DNA of 64,000 bases from Chiloscyllium plagiosum. Lineage: Eukaryota. Below, one piece after another: positions 38,701 through 50,700 of this stretch. The notes under the pieces were generated by a model. That model had not been told where the DNA came from, ran no database searches, and saw only the letters and a list, made by a program, of their open reading frames with translations. The stretch covers positions 102,731,676 through 102,795,675 of the forward strand of contig NC_057717.1 of assembly GCF_004010195.1 (NCBI RefSeq). Direction: 5' to 3'. Both the position numbers and the translations under genes were made by a program. Positions within the stretch are counted from its first letter, which is position 1. Every line of letters starts with the position of its first letter.

Positions 38701-41700
38701 TCATAAGTATAACAACATTCATTGCATTCACATAGCACCAATTAATACTGAGAGACATTGCAAGGTACTTCATAGCATAATTTCAAGCTGAACTCGGCAT
38801 TGAGTCATGTCATCAACCATCAGGAAAGCTAACCAGAGGTTTGGTCCAGGGGTTTGCTAATCTGGGGAGAGATTTCCTGGATCCAGGCAGCTGAAAGCAT
38901 GGCAACTGTTGGCAAGGATAATGAGACTCAGGATTATACAAGAGGCCAGAATGAGTTGTGAGCTGAAACCTCGGAGGATTGTACATTTGTGAAAGGTTAC
39001 GGTGATGAGGAGGCGAGGGATTGGAAGACCAATGGAGAATCCTGGAAAAACCCGTTTAACCAGAGAGTGGAGAAATTGCAGTTATAGAGTTATACAGCAT
39101 AAAAACAGACCAAGTGTCTTGCAGTAAGCTAGTCCCCCTTGCCTGCACGTTTACAGATCCCTGTAAACTTTAATATTCATGCACCTGTCCAAATGTCTTT
39201 TAAATGTTGTCATTGTACCTGCATCCACCACTTCCAATGGCAATCCATTCTGGGAGGTTTCAGCATTGACTCTGGATCCCATGAAGTCTCATGGCTTCAG
39301 GTTAAACATGGGTAAGGAAACGTCTTGCTGGTTACCATGTACTGTCCTCCTTTGGCTCCTTCTCCATGCTGATCAACACTTAGAGGAAGCACTGACTGCC
39401 CACTTCACTCTCCAATTTTCAGCCCATTTCACCAGAAAGCACCTTTCCCCCCCATGTCCCTTCCCTTGGAGGTACAGAACAAACGGATGACCCAAAACCA
39501 GTTCCTCTGACAAAGCCTGCTCCCAGGGACAATCAGAAGCGTTCAGGAATAAAGGCAAAACACTGCAGATGCTGGAAATCTGAAAAAAAACACAGAGCAT
39601 GTCCAGCAGGTCTGGCAGCATCTGTGGATAGAGGGATACAGAGAGAGAGAGAGAGTTAACATCCAGTAAAACTCTTCTTTCAGAGTCCTCTGTGTTGTCA
39701 GGTGTGACTAAAGGACAAAGTGAGACATTGGTCTTCCCCATTGCTGTTCCTCTGGGACAAGGGAGCCCATTGGACCATCTGATCTGACTCCTGAGGCTGA
39801 TTCTGAATTGTGACAAGCCCCATCCCATTGGATCAATGAATATAGTTCCACTGGATATAGGCAAGCCAACCACAGAGCTCAGCGTACTCCACCGTTTTAC
39901 AAATCCATCATTTCTAATGCTTCAATTGAGGACAAGAGGTTCAGGTCTGTACAGATCAAGTTTGATTTACAAGGACCTGTTGGTGAGACGGGGAAGAGAC
40001 TCAATGCGTTTTAAACCCATCGGTTGGAGACTCCTTGATGTCTTTGCCAATTAACTTCTCGACCCCAATGGCTTCTCTGGCGGAGGCTAGTTGTTATTGC
40101 ACCACCATCCTCTCATGATCAGTATCGGAATTCTTAAACTTCCTCGATAGCGGATCAGATTAACCATAAAACATGACAATGTTTCCCTGGGCTCCACACT
40201 GACACTAAAACAGCAAAATAATGGGAATGTATGACGGCAATCAAAAAATGTTCAAAATATATCGCCCAAGCTGCCCTTACGAAGGTGGTGTTTAGATCAG
40301 AGTGGTGCTGGAAAAGCACAGCAGGTCAGGCAGCATCCGAGCTGGAAAATCAACGTTTCGGGCAAAAGCCCTTCATCAGGAATAAACTCTGGTTTCCAGC
40401 ATCTGCAGTCCTCTCGTTTGCCTTGAGAAGGTGGTGGTGAGCTGACTTCTTGAACTGCGTTAAAAATCTCACAACACAAGATTACAGTCCAACAGGTTTA
40501 GTTGGAAGGCACAGTGTGCTTCCCCTTCATCAAGTAGCGAGTGGGGCAGCATCATAGGGCACAGAATCTGTAGTAAAAGATATAGCGAAGGAGCAGTGCT
40601 ATGAAAGCTAATGCTTCCAAATAAACCTGTTGGACTTTAACCTGGTGTTGTGTGATTTCTAACTTTGTCCACCCCACACTGGCACCTCCACATCTTGAAC
40701 CGCTGCAGCCCACCTGCTGTGGGTTCACCCACAATGCCCTTAGGGAGGGAATTCCAGGATTTGGACGCAGCGACACTGAAGGGACGGCGATATATTTCCA
40801 AGTCAGGATATTAATTTGGGACGTGGGCATTGCTGGCTGTGTCAGCGTTTATTGCCTGTCCCTAATCGCCCTTGAGTCCTTGGTCTGGCTAAACTGACAG
40901 CTCCTGTTGTGTTTCCAGTACAGTACTGATTGCTCTTTTTTATTAAGAGCATGCATTTTACATTGTGGTTGTACCATTGCACATGAAGACAAACTCCGGT
41001 AAGTGAACAGGCTATGAAAAGTGTGCTCTCGCACTCTCCTTTCCTCCCAGTTACATAGTTGCATTGAAGCAGTAAAAGTTTACTTCTCCAAGGTAATAAC
41101 CGTGCTTTTGAAATACTTGTGCGCAGTAGATGCTTTAAGGGCAGGTTTAAGTTGACTAAAAATTACGATGAATTCCTGAAGGCACAGCAGTTCCGAAGGG
41201 CGATTGACTCAGCCTTAAATGTGTCAACAGATCGTTCAGTTCTCCATGGATTTGGGTATAAGCTATCCACAAACTGCTTTTCAAGTCCCAACAAAGTCTC
41301 AAGGTCATTCACAGGGCATGAGGAGCAGCAAGCTGTTATACATGCAGACTTGGCGATGGGTGTTCGCACAGCAAGATCCCAGTAATCACAGAGAGTTAGA
41401 TAGACCAGATAATCTCTGTTGGAGGTGTCTCTTGTGGAGTAATATTAACTGGTATCCTGAGAGGAGTGCCCCAACCTTCAGACAGAGCCTCAAATACACT
41501 CACCTCCAATGCACCTCACACCCTCCAATGCAACATATCCCCACCTCCAATGTGCCTTACACCCACCTCCAAAGCACAGATTTTCTGCCAAGGTAGAGAG
41601 CTTCAGACTGACTCAGCACTCTACATTGGGCACCTGTCAATGAGGGCTCAGACTCCAGGAAGACAAATCTACAACAACGCAATGAAATCCACTTTACTCA

Positions 41701-44700
41701 TTCACTGATTGGCTGATAGGTCAGTGAAGTACCTCTCACTGTGTAACTATCACCCCCCCCCTGTGGCACCAGCGTTGATGTACCATGGGACCCCTACAGC
41801 TCTAACAAAATTACCCCCTCACCATAAAATAAATTTGCACTTCGGGATCGGTCACCTTGATTGTCAGATGGCTGTCGTCTGCCAGGAGCTGTTTCGGGGG
41901 ACCGTTTCTGAGGAGATATCAATGTGTTGAGAAACCACTACGGAATTTCTAGGGCACACATTTCCAAACCTGCACCCGACTTCATTTTAAAGTCTAATCC
42001 GACATCTCAGGTAAATGATCTTTCATCAGAACTGGGGAAAGACTCAGAGCTGTGACAGGTTTCAGTGAGCCATAGAACCAAGCAAGTGAGGAGAGGTTGG
42101 TAGACAGGAGAGATTGAATGAATGGTAGACCTGCTTTCAGACGAAATGCGAGTGATGAGCATGATGTAACCTTGGCGATGCCTAGCATCATCGCAACATC
42201 AGAAAAACTGAGGACGGACAGATCAGTGTGTGGGAGTCAATCAGAGAGTTGGAACAACAGGTGACTTTGCTATAACCCCATGGGGAATCTTAATTAATCC
42301 TGATTAATCTCCTGTGGAGCTCGATGAGAATGAGTTCCCTTGGTAACTAGCAATGGCCTACCCGGCTTGAACTCATCACCTGATCCCTTTATAAAGCAGA
42401 CCTCAAAGCGCCCTCTTGTGGTGTGGCGGTAGTGCCCCTACCCTTGGACTGAGAGGCCTCGCTTCAAGTCCCACCTGCTCCAGAATTATGTAATAACATC
42501 TCTGAATAGGATGATTGGAAAAATAGGTTAAAAAAAAGGTGTTTTCAAAGCCCCCTTGTGGTGCAGTGGTAGTGTCCCTACCTTTGAGCCAGGAGACCTG
42601 GGTTCAGGTTCTATCAGTTCCAGAGGTAGTGTAATAGTATCAATGACAGGATGATTACAAAATGCAAAGGGATACCAGCTTAGTCCATGGATCCTTTAAC
42701 AGGGCCCTCCTGTGAAGTGGTAATGTCACTACCCCTGGACTGGGATGCCTGGGTTCAAAGCCCAATTGCTCGAGAAGTGTGTAATAACATCCCTGAACCA
42801 GATGACTAGAAAAGTAGGGAGGGGGAAGACCCAGAGGCCCCTCTTGGAGTGGAGTGGTCGTGTCCCTACTCCTGGACTGAGAGGCCCAGATTCAAGTCCC
42901 ACCTGTTTTAGTGGTGTGTGAGAACATTGCTGAGCAGGTTGATTCGAAAATAGGTTTATAAAACTAAAAGATAAAGTCGATGCAGAGATGAATCTGCAGA
43001 GCTGCCTGTCCCAGGCCGAGGTAAAGCATGAGCAGTGGTTCCATTCTGGTGTTCACCAATAAACAAAATTCCTTTCCTGTCACCTCCCGAGTTATTATAA
43101 TGACCAGAAGTTCAGGGCCATGAGAGCAGCCTGAATGAAAAAGCGATCGCACAAGCTGCACTTTGTCTCTCAGTTACAGAGAAGATCAGGGAGTGCGCTG
43201 CATGCCTGAGTTTCTGTACAGTGAACAGACCCAGCTGCTTTCATCCATGTGAGTAATCAAGCTGAGCACCTCAGGGCTGAAGCCCGGATAATTAGAGATT
43301 TATCTTCTGTCTATCTTCCACCCTCAGGGTCCTCAAGGTGAACCTGGACCTCCAGGACAGCAAGGCAATCCAGGAGCTCAGGTGAGAAAACACTGAAGTA
43401 CCATAAAAATATTGAAGTGGCTCTTAACCAGAGAAAATCAAATGCCCTTCAGTTACTGTTGTATCATTCTCGATGACATGTTGGATGCTGCTGGCTCTCT
43501 GAAGTTCTACATCAAATTAAGGGGTGAAAGGGAGAACGTTCTGTTAAATTTGTTTATTAACGACTGTTCTTTCAATAAAGTAGTGGGGCCAGTTGTCAGG
43601 GTTCAATTATAGAATTCCAACATCGCAGGTAGAGGCTATTTGGCCCATTGAGTCTGCACTGACCCTCCGAACAACATCCCACCGGCTCACTGTAATGTCA
43701 CCGACACTATGGCTAATCCACCTAGTCTAAAGTTAAAAATCACACAACACCAGGTTATAGTCCAACAGGTTTATTTGGAAGCACTACTCCTTCATCAGGT
43801 AGCTGTGATCAGGTTTGTCTAACCACCTGATGAAGGAGCAATGCTCCGAAAACTAGTGCTTCCAATTAAACCTGTTGGACTATAACCTGGTGTTGTGTGA
43901 TTTTTAACTTTGTACACCCCAGTCCAACACCGGCATCTCCAAATCATGACCACCTAGCCTATGCATCCCTGACCACTATGGGCAATTTCCCGTGGCCAAC
44001 CCACCTTAACCTGCGCATCTTTGGACCATGGGAGGAAACCCACGCAGACACAGGGAGAACGTACAAAGACAGTCGCCCGAGGGTGGAATTGAACGCGGGT
44101 CCCTGATGTTATGAGGCAGCAGTGCTAACCACTGAGCCACTGTGCCAGCCCTACTGCTGTGTTAGGCAGTATTTATTGTGACATGTTGTAAGGCATTATA
44201 TAAATCACTTTGGTGAGACTGGGTAGTGCCCAGTTACTGAAAATTGGGGGTATGATTGGAAAGTAAGAATCCGCAGGACTGGCAATGACTATTGTAGTCC
44301 TTCTGCCAAGTCCCACGATCTAGGCAATCTCATAATCTTTAATAAACTCGATACATGCCTTCTCCAGCATATGCTGATCCAATTAGACTCCTGTTGTTCT
44401 CTTGGCAGCCCATCCCCTTCCATCCATCAAACTCAGTATAAACTAGTTAAATTTTAAATCCTTGCTGGTAGGTGATTCTATAATAATGAGTCATGCCTCT
44501 TTAATTATCAAATTACATTGCAGATCCATTGAGAGAGAGAGGCTTGTGAAAGGGGTAATCACACCACTGTTGCTGCATTTCTCAGGTTCTGTGTTCCCAA
44601 TGTTCCTCAAGCTGCTGACTCTAGGTCTTGAAACAAAAACAGAAGCTGCTGGAACAGCTCAGCAGGTCTGTGCAACATCTGTGAAAAGAAATCCGAGCTA

Positions 44701-47700
44701 ACGTTTCCAGTCCGGTGACCCTTCCTCAGTCTCCAGGTCCTCAGCACCATTAAAGATTGAGTCACCAAATGTAAGGTGGCGCTTTTAAAATTAAAAAGCT
44801 TCCCAAACAGCTGAGTGCGTTCCAACCAGTGACAAGGAAGTGGAGTTCTGAGTTAACTATGGGGCAGATTATCAGGGGCAGATAATCAGAGGTTATATCT
44901 GTTCAGGTGGTTGTGAAGGAGAGCACTCCGACTGCTAGTGCTTCCAAATAAACCCGGTGTTGTGTGATTTTTAACTTTGTCCACCCCATCTCCTCCACAT
45001 CACGTAGGGTGGCATGGTGGCTCAGTGGTTAGCACTGCTGCCTCTCAGCACCAGGGTCCCAGGTTCGATTCCAGCCTCGGGTGACTGTCTGTGTGGAGTT
45101 TGCACATTCTCCCTGTGTCTGCATGGGTTTCCTCTGGGTGCTCTGGTTTCCTCCCACAGTCACAAAGATGTGCAGGTCAGGTGAATTGGCCATGCTAAAT
45201 TGCCCATAGTGTTAGGTGCATTGGTCAGAGTGTGGGTTAGGTGGGTAGGTGTGGACTGGTTGGTCCGAAGGGACTGTTTCCACACTGTAGGGAATCTAAT
45301 CTAATCTAATCATGACCATCTAGCCTATGCATCCCTGGATACAATGGGCAATTAAGCTTCCCAAATCCACCCTAACCTGTACATCTTTGGACCATGGGAG
45401 GAAACCCACACAGACACAGGGACAGATTATCAGAGGTTTATCTGTTCCTCAGGCTGCTAAGGAGGTTTTGGAGCCACTTCACCAAAACAGGCTTTCTGAG
45501 ATCAAAAATGTGTCATCTCTTTGTAAAGAAAGTTGTCTTTTCTCCTTGCAGGGTTTCCCAGGACCCCAAGGCCCCATTGGACTTCCCGGGGAGAAGGTAA
45601 GTTCTCAAATTGACTTCATTTTCAAAATTGAGGCTTGTCCCTTTAGGACAACTGCAGGACGGCATTATCACCTCTTGGACAGTTGTGTAATTTTGGAACG
45701 GTGTGTTTCAGGAGGTAGGGCCACTGGATATTTTAAGGACAAAGATGGATAGATTCTTTTTTAGGAGCAAATTGCTGCAGATAGAACCATAGAGTCATAG
45801 AGATGTACAGCGCGGAAACAGACCCTTCGGTCCAACCTGTCCATGCCGACCAGATATCCCTACCCAATCTAGTCCCACCCGCCAGCATCTGGCCCATATC
45901 CCTCCAAACCCTTCCTATTCATATACCGATCCAAATGCCTTTTAAATGTTGCAATTGTACCAGCCTCCACCACTTCCTCCGGCAGCTCATTCCATACACG
46001 TACCACCCTCTGTGTGAAAACGTTGCCCCTTAGGTCTCTTTTATATCTTTCCCCTCTCACCCTAAACCTATGCCGTTTAGTTCTGGACTCCCCGACCCCA
46101 TCCTATCCATGCCCCTCATAATTTTGTGAACCTTATAAGGTCACCCCTCAGCCTCTGATGCTCCAGGGAAAACAGCCCCAGCCTATTCAGCCTCTCCCTA
46201 TAGCTCAAATCCTCCAACCCTGGCAATGTCCTTGTGAATCTTTTCTGAACCCTTTCAAGTTTCACAACATCTTTCTGATAGGAAAGAGACCAGAATTGCA
46301 CGCAATACTCCAACAGTCGATGGGATTTGAAACCCAAACGAAGGTTTTCCAGGATCTTACTGAATGGCAGAGCAGGCTAGAGGGGCTGAATGGCCTGCTG
46401 CTATTTCTGTTCATGCGTTGAGAGGCTATGACATTGAGAAAGGTCAAAGTATGAGACCTTGCAGCTGTGGGACAGACACTTGGAGGTTTCCGCTGGGCTT
46501 GCCCATTGCTAAAAAAAGCATTAGACGTTTTTGAACCAGAAATATTCGTAGCAATTGCGAATACTCTGGCTGAGTTTTTAAAACCTGTTTGCTTTCTCGG
46601 ATAAATGTAAAAGATCTCCTGGTACTCCACAAGGAAGCACATGGGAGCATTTCCTGACCAACATTTGTACCTCATGCTAATAGAGCAGATGATAGAGTCA
46701 TAGAGTGTGAACAGCATAACCTGGATAGTTATTACATCTCTTGAGGGTTCCTGCCCCCACCACCCTTTCAGGCAGTGGGTTCTGGGTAAAAAAAAAAGTT
46801 TCCCTCAAATCCCTGTATAGGCCTCCTGCTTTGTACCTTAAAGCTGCATCCCTTACTTATTGATCCATCTAATGATAGGAAATATCCCTCTCTACCTACG
46901 CCCCACAGAACTTTGTGCCCCTCAATTTATCTGGTGAATGCTGTTCGTGGCATCTTGCTTTTTGCTATTGCCAGCACACTTAGGATTTATCGTGCACACC
47001 CAGGATTTGCGTTCAGATCTGCATTCAGATTTCTCGCTGCATCCTAAGTTGCACATTTTGCAGTCCATTAAACCCGTCCTGATAATTTAGATAGGAATAG
47101 ACGTTACTCGTCTCTAACTCTGCCCCTTCCAGACACCAGTGTTGCAACAATTTCAATTGCAGTTGAATGAACAGAGGGCGGGTAGGATTGCTAGGGACTG
47201 TACATCAACATGATCTGTTATAATGCTACACTGCTCATCTTAATGATATGTCATGGATCCACAGTATCTGCATACGTTCAAGCCTTGTTCAGTGCTAAGA
47301 GATATTATGGACAGGGGAGAGGGAAGGTGGCTGAGTTTTCTCTCTGTATGATACAGGAGCTGACATCGCACTCACTGTTTGATTCGTTCTGATAACGTCT
47401 TGTTTTGTTTTTGCAAATGTTGCAGGGACCTCCAGGCAAGCAAGGTCTACCTGGTCTGATTGGAGCAGATGGCCCTCCGGTGAGATATGTACATTGCATG
47501 GCTTTGACTCTCTGACCATGAGCATGCCAACCTTTCCACTATATCAAGGCTGTTGTTTGGCTGTGCCTGATGTTATGGGGACTCGCTCTTCAGATTACAG
47601 ACTTCCCTTCAAATCAACGTCTGCCAGGTGCTGGAAACCTTGGAATAAAGCCAGAAGGTGCTGGAGAAACTCAGCAGGTCTGGTAGCGTCTGTGCAGAGA

Positions 47701-50700
47701 GAAACAGAGTTTACACTTTGTGTCTTGGTGTGACCTTTCTTCAGAGTAAGAACACTCTTTGGACTGAAAATGCTTCTCTCTCCACAGACTGTTTGAGTCT
47801 CTCCAGCCCTTTCTGGTTATACAGATGTGCTGATTGCTAAAATTGTCTCTGGTGGTTTGGTTTGCCCAGTCTCTATCTTGACTCTGTATAACGGCAAGAC
47901 CTGGTCACTGCTCCTGTGGAGCCTCTTGGTACGTGTTGTCCAATTGCAGGCTTCATGTCGACTCAGATTGTTCATGAGTCTTACCGTCTCTCCTTGGTCA
48001 CAATCTTTCCTGCCTCTTCTTGTCTCACGGACAGCCATCGTTATACCTTCATTGTCGGAGTTAACAAGGGGGTCTTCTGGAATCCGTGTGAGAAGGTAAC
48101 CAATTGAATATATAAGAGCCAGGAGCAGGAGGAGGCCATTCAGCCCTTTGAGCCTGCTCCACCATTTAATACTATTATGGCTGATCTCATCTCAGCCTCA
48201 ACTGCCCTTTCCTGCCTGCTCCCCATTACCATTCCTGATTAAATATCTATCTCCTCCCTCAGATTTATTCAGTCTCCCAGCATCCACCACACTCTGATAG
48301 TAAAACTGCCATCCTTACCTGGTCTGGCCTATGTGTGACTCCAGATCCACACCAATCCAGTTGACTCCAAACTGCTTCTCGAATGGCTGAGTAAGCCATT
48401 CAGTTCAAGGGCAGTTAGGGACAGGCAACAAGTGCTGGGGTTGATACCCACATCCTGTGAGTGATTAAACAAATAAAGATAAATCCCTCAGGCCCAGCAG
48501 AAATAATTGCCATATCCACTGCACCCTGGGGAAGTGAATTCCACAGGTTCATGACCCTTTGAGAGAACTAATTTTTCCTGATCTCTGATTTAAATCTGTT
48601 TCCCCCGTATCCTCAAACTCTGACCTCTCATTCTAGATTATCCCACATAAGGAAACATCCTCCACTTTGTCAAACCCCTTTTAGCATCTTCTGCAGATCA
48701 ATTAGGTTCCCTCTCGTCCTTCTAAACTCTGCTCAAGCTCTCCTCATGAGGTTAAAAATCACACAACACCCGGTTGTAGTCCCAACAGGTTTATTTGGAA
48801 GCACTGGAAGGAGCTTCGAAAGCCATTGCTTCCACATAAACCTGTTGGACTGTAACCTGGTGTTGTGGGATTTTTAACTTTGTCCACCCCAGTCCGACAC
48901 CAGCTTCTCCGCATCATCTCCTCATGAGGCAAGTCTATCATCTCTGTAATTACTCTCGTCTCAACTGCCTCCAATGCAACTCAATCCCCGCTCAAATAAG
49001 AGAACCAGAACTTTCAACAGTACTCCTGATCTGCTCTTACTCCTGATGTGCTCTTATTAATGCCCTGTACACCAACACTTCCCTACTTTTATACTCTATT
49101 CCTTGAGGAATAAATGTCCAAGTCCCATTTCCCCTGCTTATTACCTGCTGTAGATTGAAGTGAAGGAACCTCACATGGAGACAATCTTTTGAGCAACAGT
49201 TAAAACATTAGGCACTAGCACCTGTATTGTGCTCGGCAGCTGTGTTTTAACAAGACGAGCACATTTCTGAACAGAGGTGCTGTTGCAGCTGTGAAAGACA
49301 ATTGGGTTTGAGAGTTTTTGTGGAGACCAGACATTTGAAGGAATCTTTTTATACATTTTTTTTTTGATCTGGGTTTTGAGCCTTAAAGTTGGAATTTGGC
49401 TTTTGAGGTCTGTGCTTTTTATCTCAGGGGAGGTATAAATAATCATTACAGCATCATAAAGGGAGCAGCGCAATCCTTTTTGTTTCGCCAGAAACGAGGG
49501 TCCAAATTGTGAAAATGAACCACACCACGTACTCCTTATAATGAACTGGACCTGTTTATGTCCTCAGTGGATTACTGGGGAATTAAAGGGAGAGACACCA
49601 GGAAAGGAGGGGAATGAGGGAGGGGCACTGGGGAATGAGGGAATTGAGGGAGGGACACCAGAGAATGAGGGAATTGAGGGAGGGACACCAGGAAATGGGA
49701 TGGAGGGAGGGGGAACAGGAAATGAGTTTGAGAGAGGGACGCTGGGGAATGAGGAGATTGAGGGAAGGACACCAGGAATTGAGGGAGGGAACACCAGGAA
49801 ATGTGGAGTTTGAGGGAGGGACACCGGGAACTGAGGAAATTGGGGGAGGGACACCCAGAAAATGAGGGGATTGAGGGAGAATGCTGGGAATGAGGGGATA
49901 GATGGAGGGACGCTGGGGACTGAGGGGATTGAGTGGGGGACAGTTGTAATTTTATTTCTTATTTTGTGATTTGGGCCATCACTGGCAAAGCCAGCTTTTG
50001 TTGTCATCTCCTAACTACCCTTGACTAGAGAGCTAGATCCAATTCAGAGGGCAATTAACAGTCAACCACATTGCTGTGGCTCTGGAGTCACATGTCGGCC
50101 AGACCAGGTAAGGATGGCAGATTTCCCTTCCCTCAAGGACATTAGTGAACCAGATGGGCATTTACCACAATTAAAGACAGTTTCCTAGGCTGTAGCACTG
50201 AGTCTAACTGTGTGATTTTAACCCATCTCCATGAACACAAAACTGGATCCTTGGATTTTTAATCCAGTGATGTTATCATCTCCACTATAACTAGGGGAAT
50301 TGAGAAATGGTATCAGTAATGTGAGGTGGGGTGGGGGAACTGGGAATTAAGGAAATAGGAAAAAACCTGAAACTTCCAGGAGTTAAAGTGTACCCTATGC
50401 ATATGCAGTAGGCCTTGGACTCATAGAGTCAGAGGGATGTACAGCATGGACACAGACCAACTTGTCCATGCTGACAAGATGTCCAAAATTAATCAAGTCC
50501 CATTTACCAGCATTTAGCCCATATCCCTCCAAACCCTTCCTATTCATGTACCCATCCAGATGCCTTTTAAATATTGTAATTGTACCAGCCTCTGCCACTT
50601 CCTCTGGCAGCTCATTCCATACACATACCACCCGCTGCATGAAAAAAGTTGCCCCTTATGTCCCTTTTAAATCTTTACCCTCCTTAAACCTATGCCCTCT

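Larger units (their letters stand above)
43610..44151 (-). mobile_element. HE1-like V-SINE interrupted by a family-B Penelope-derived element
   Basis: SINE sequence resumes after the TSD at 43950. Confidence 0.85.

Noticed and set aside
45007..45080. tRNA genes at SINE heads (also 42411-42963, 10975-11053)
   Set aside because: A/B boxes continue into SINE bodies and tails; no complete cloverleaf evident
49541..50007. Gly-rich ORF (GTPGNEGIEG) as an extra collagen exon
   Set aside because: Not a strict Gly-X-Y register, no splice signals, and the exon series is already complete; it is a G/A-rich tandem repeat
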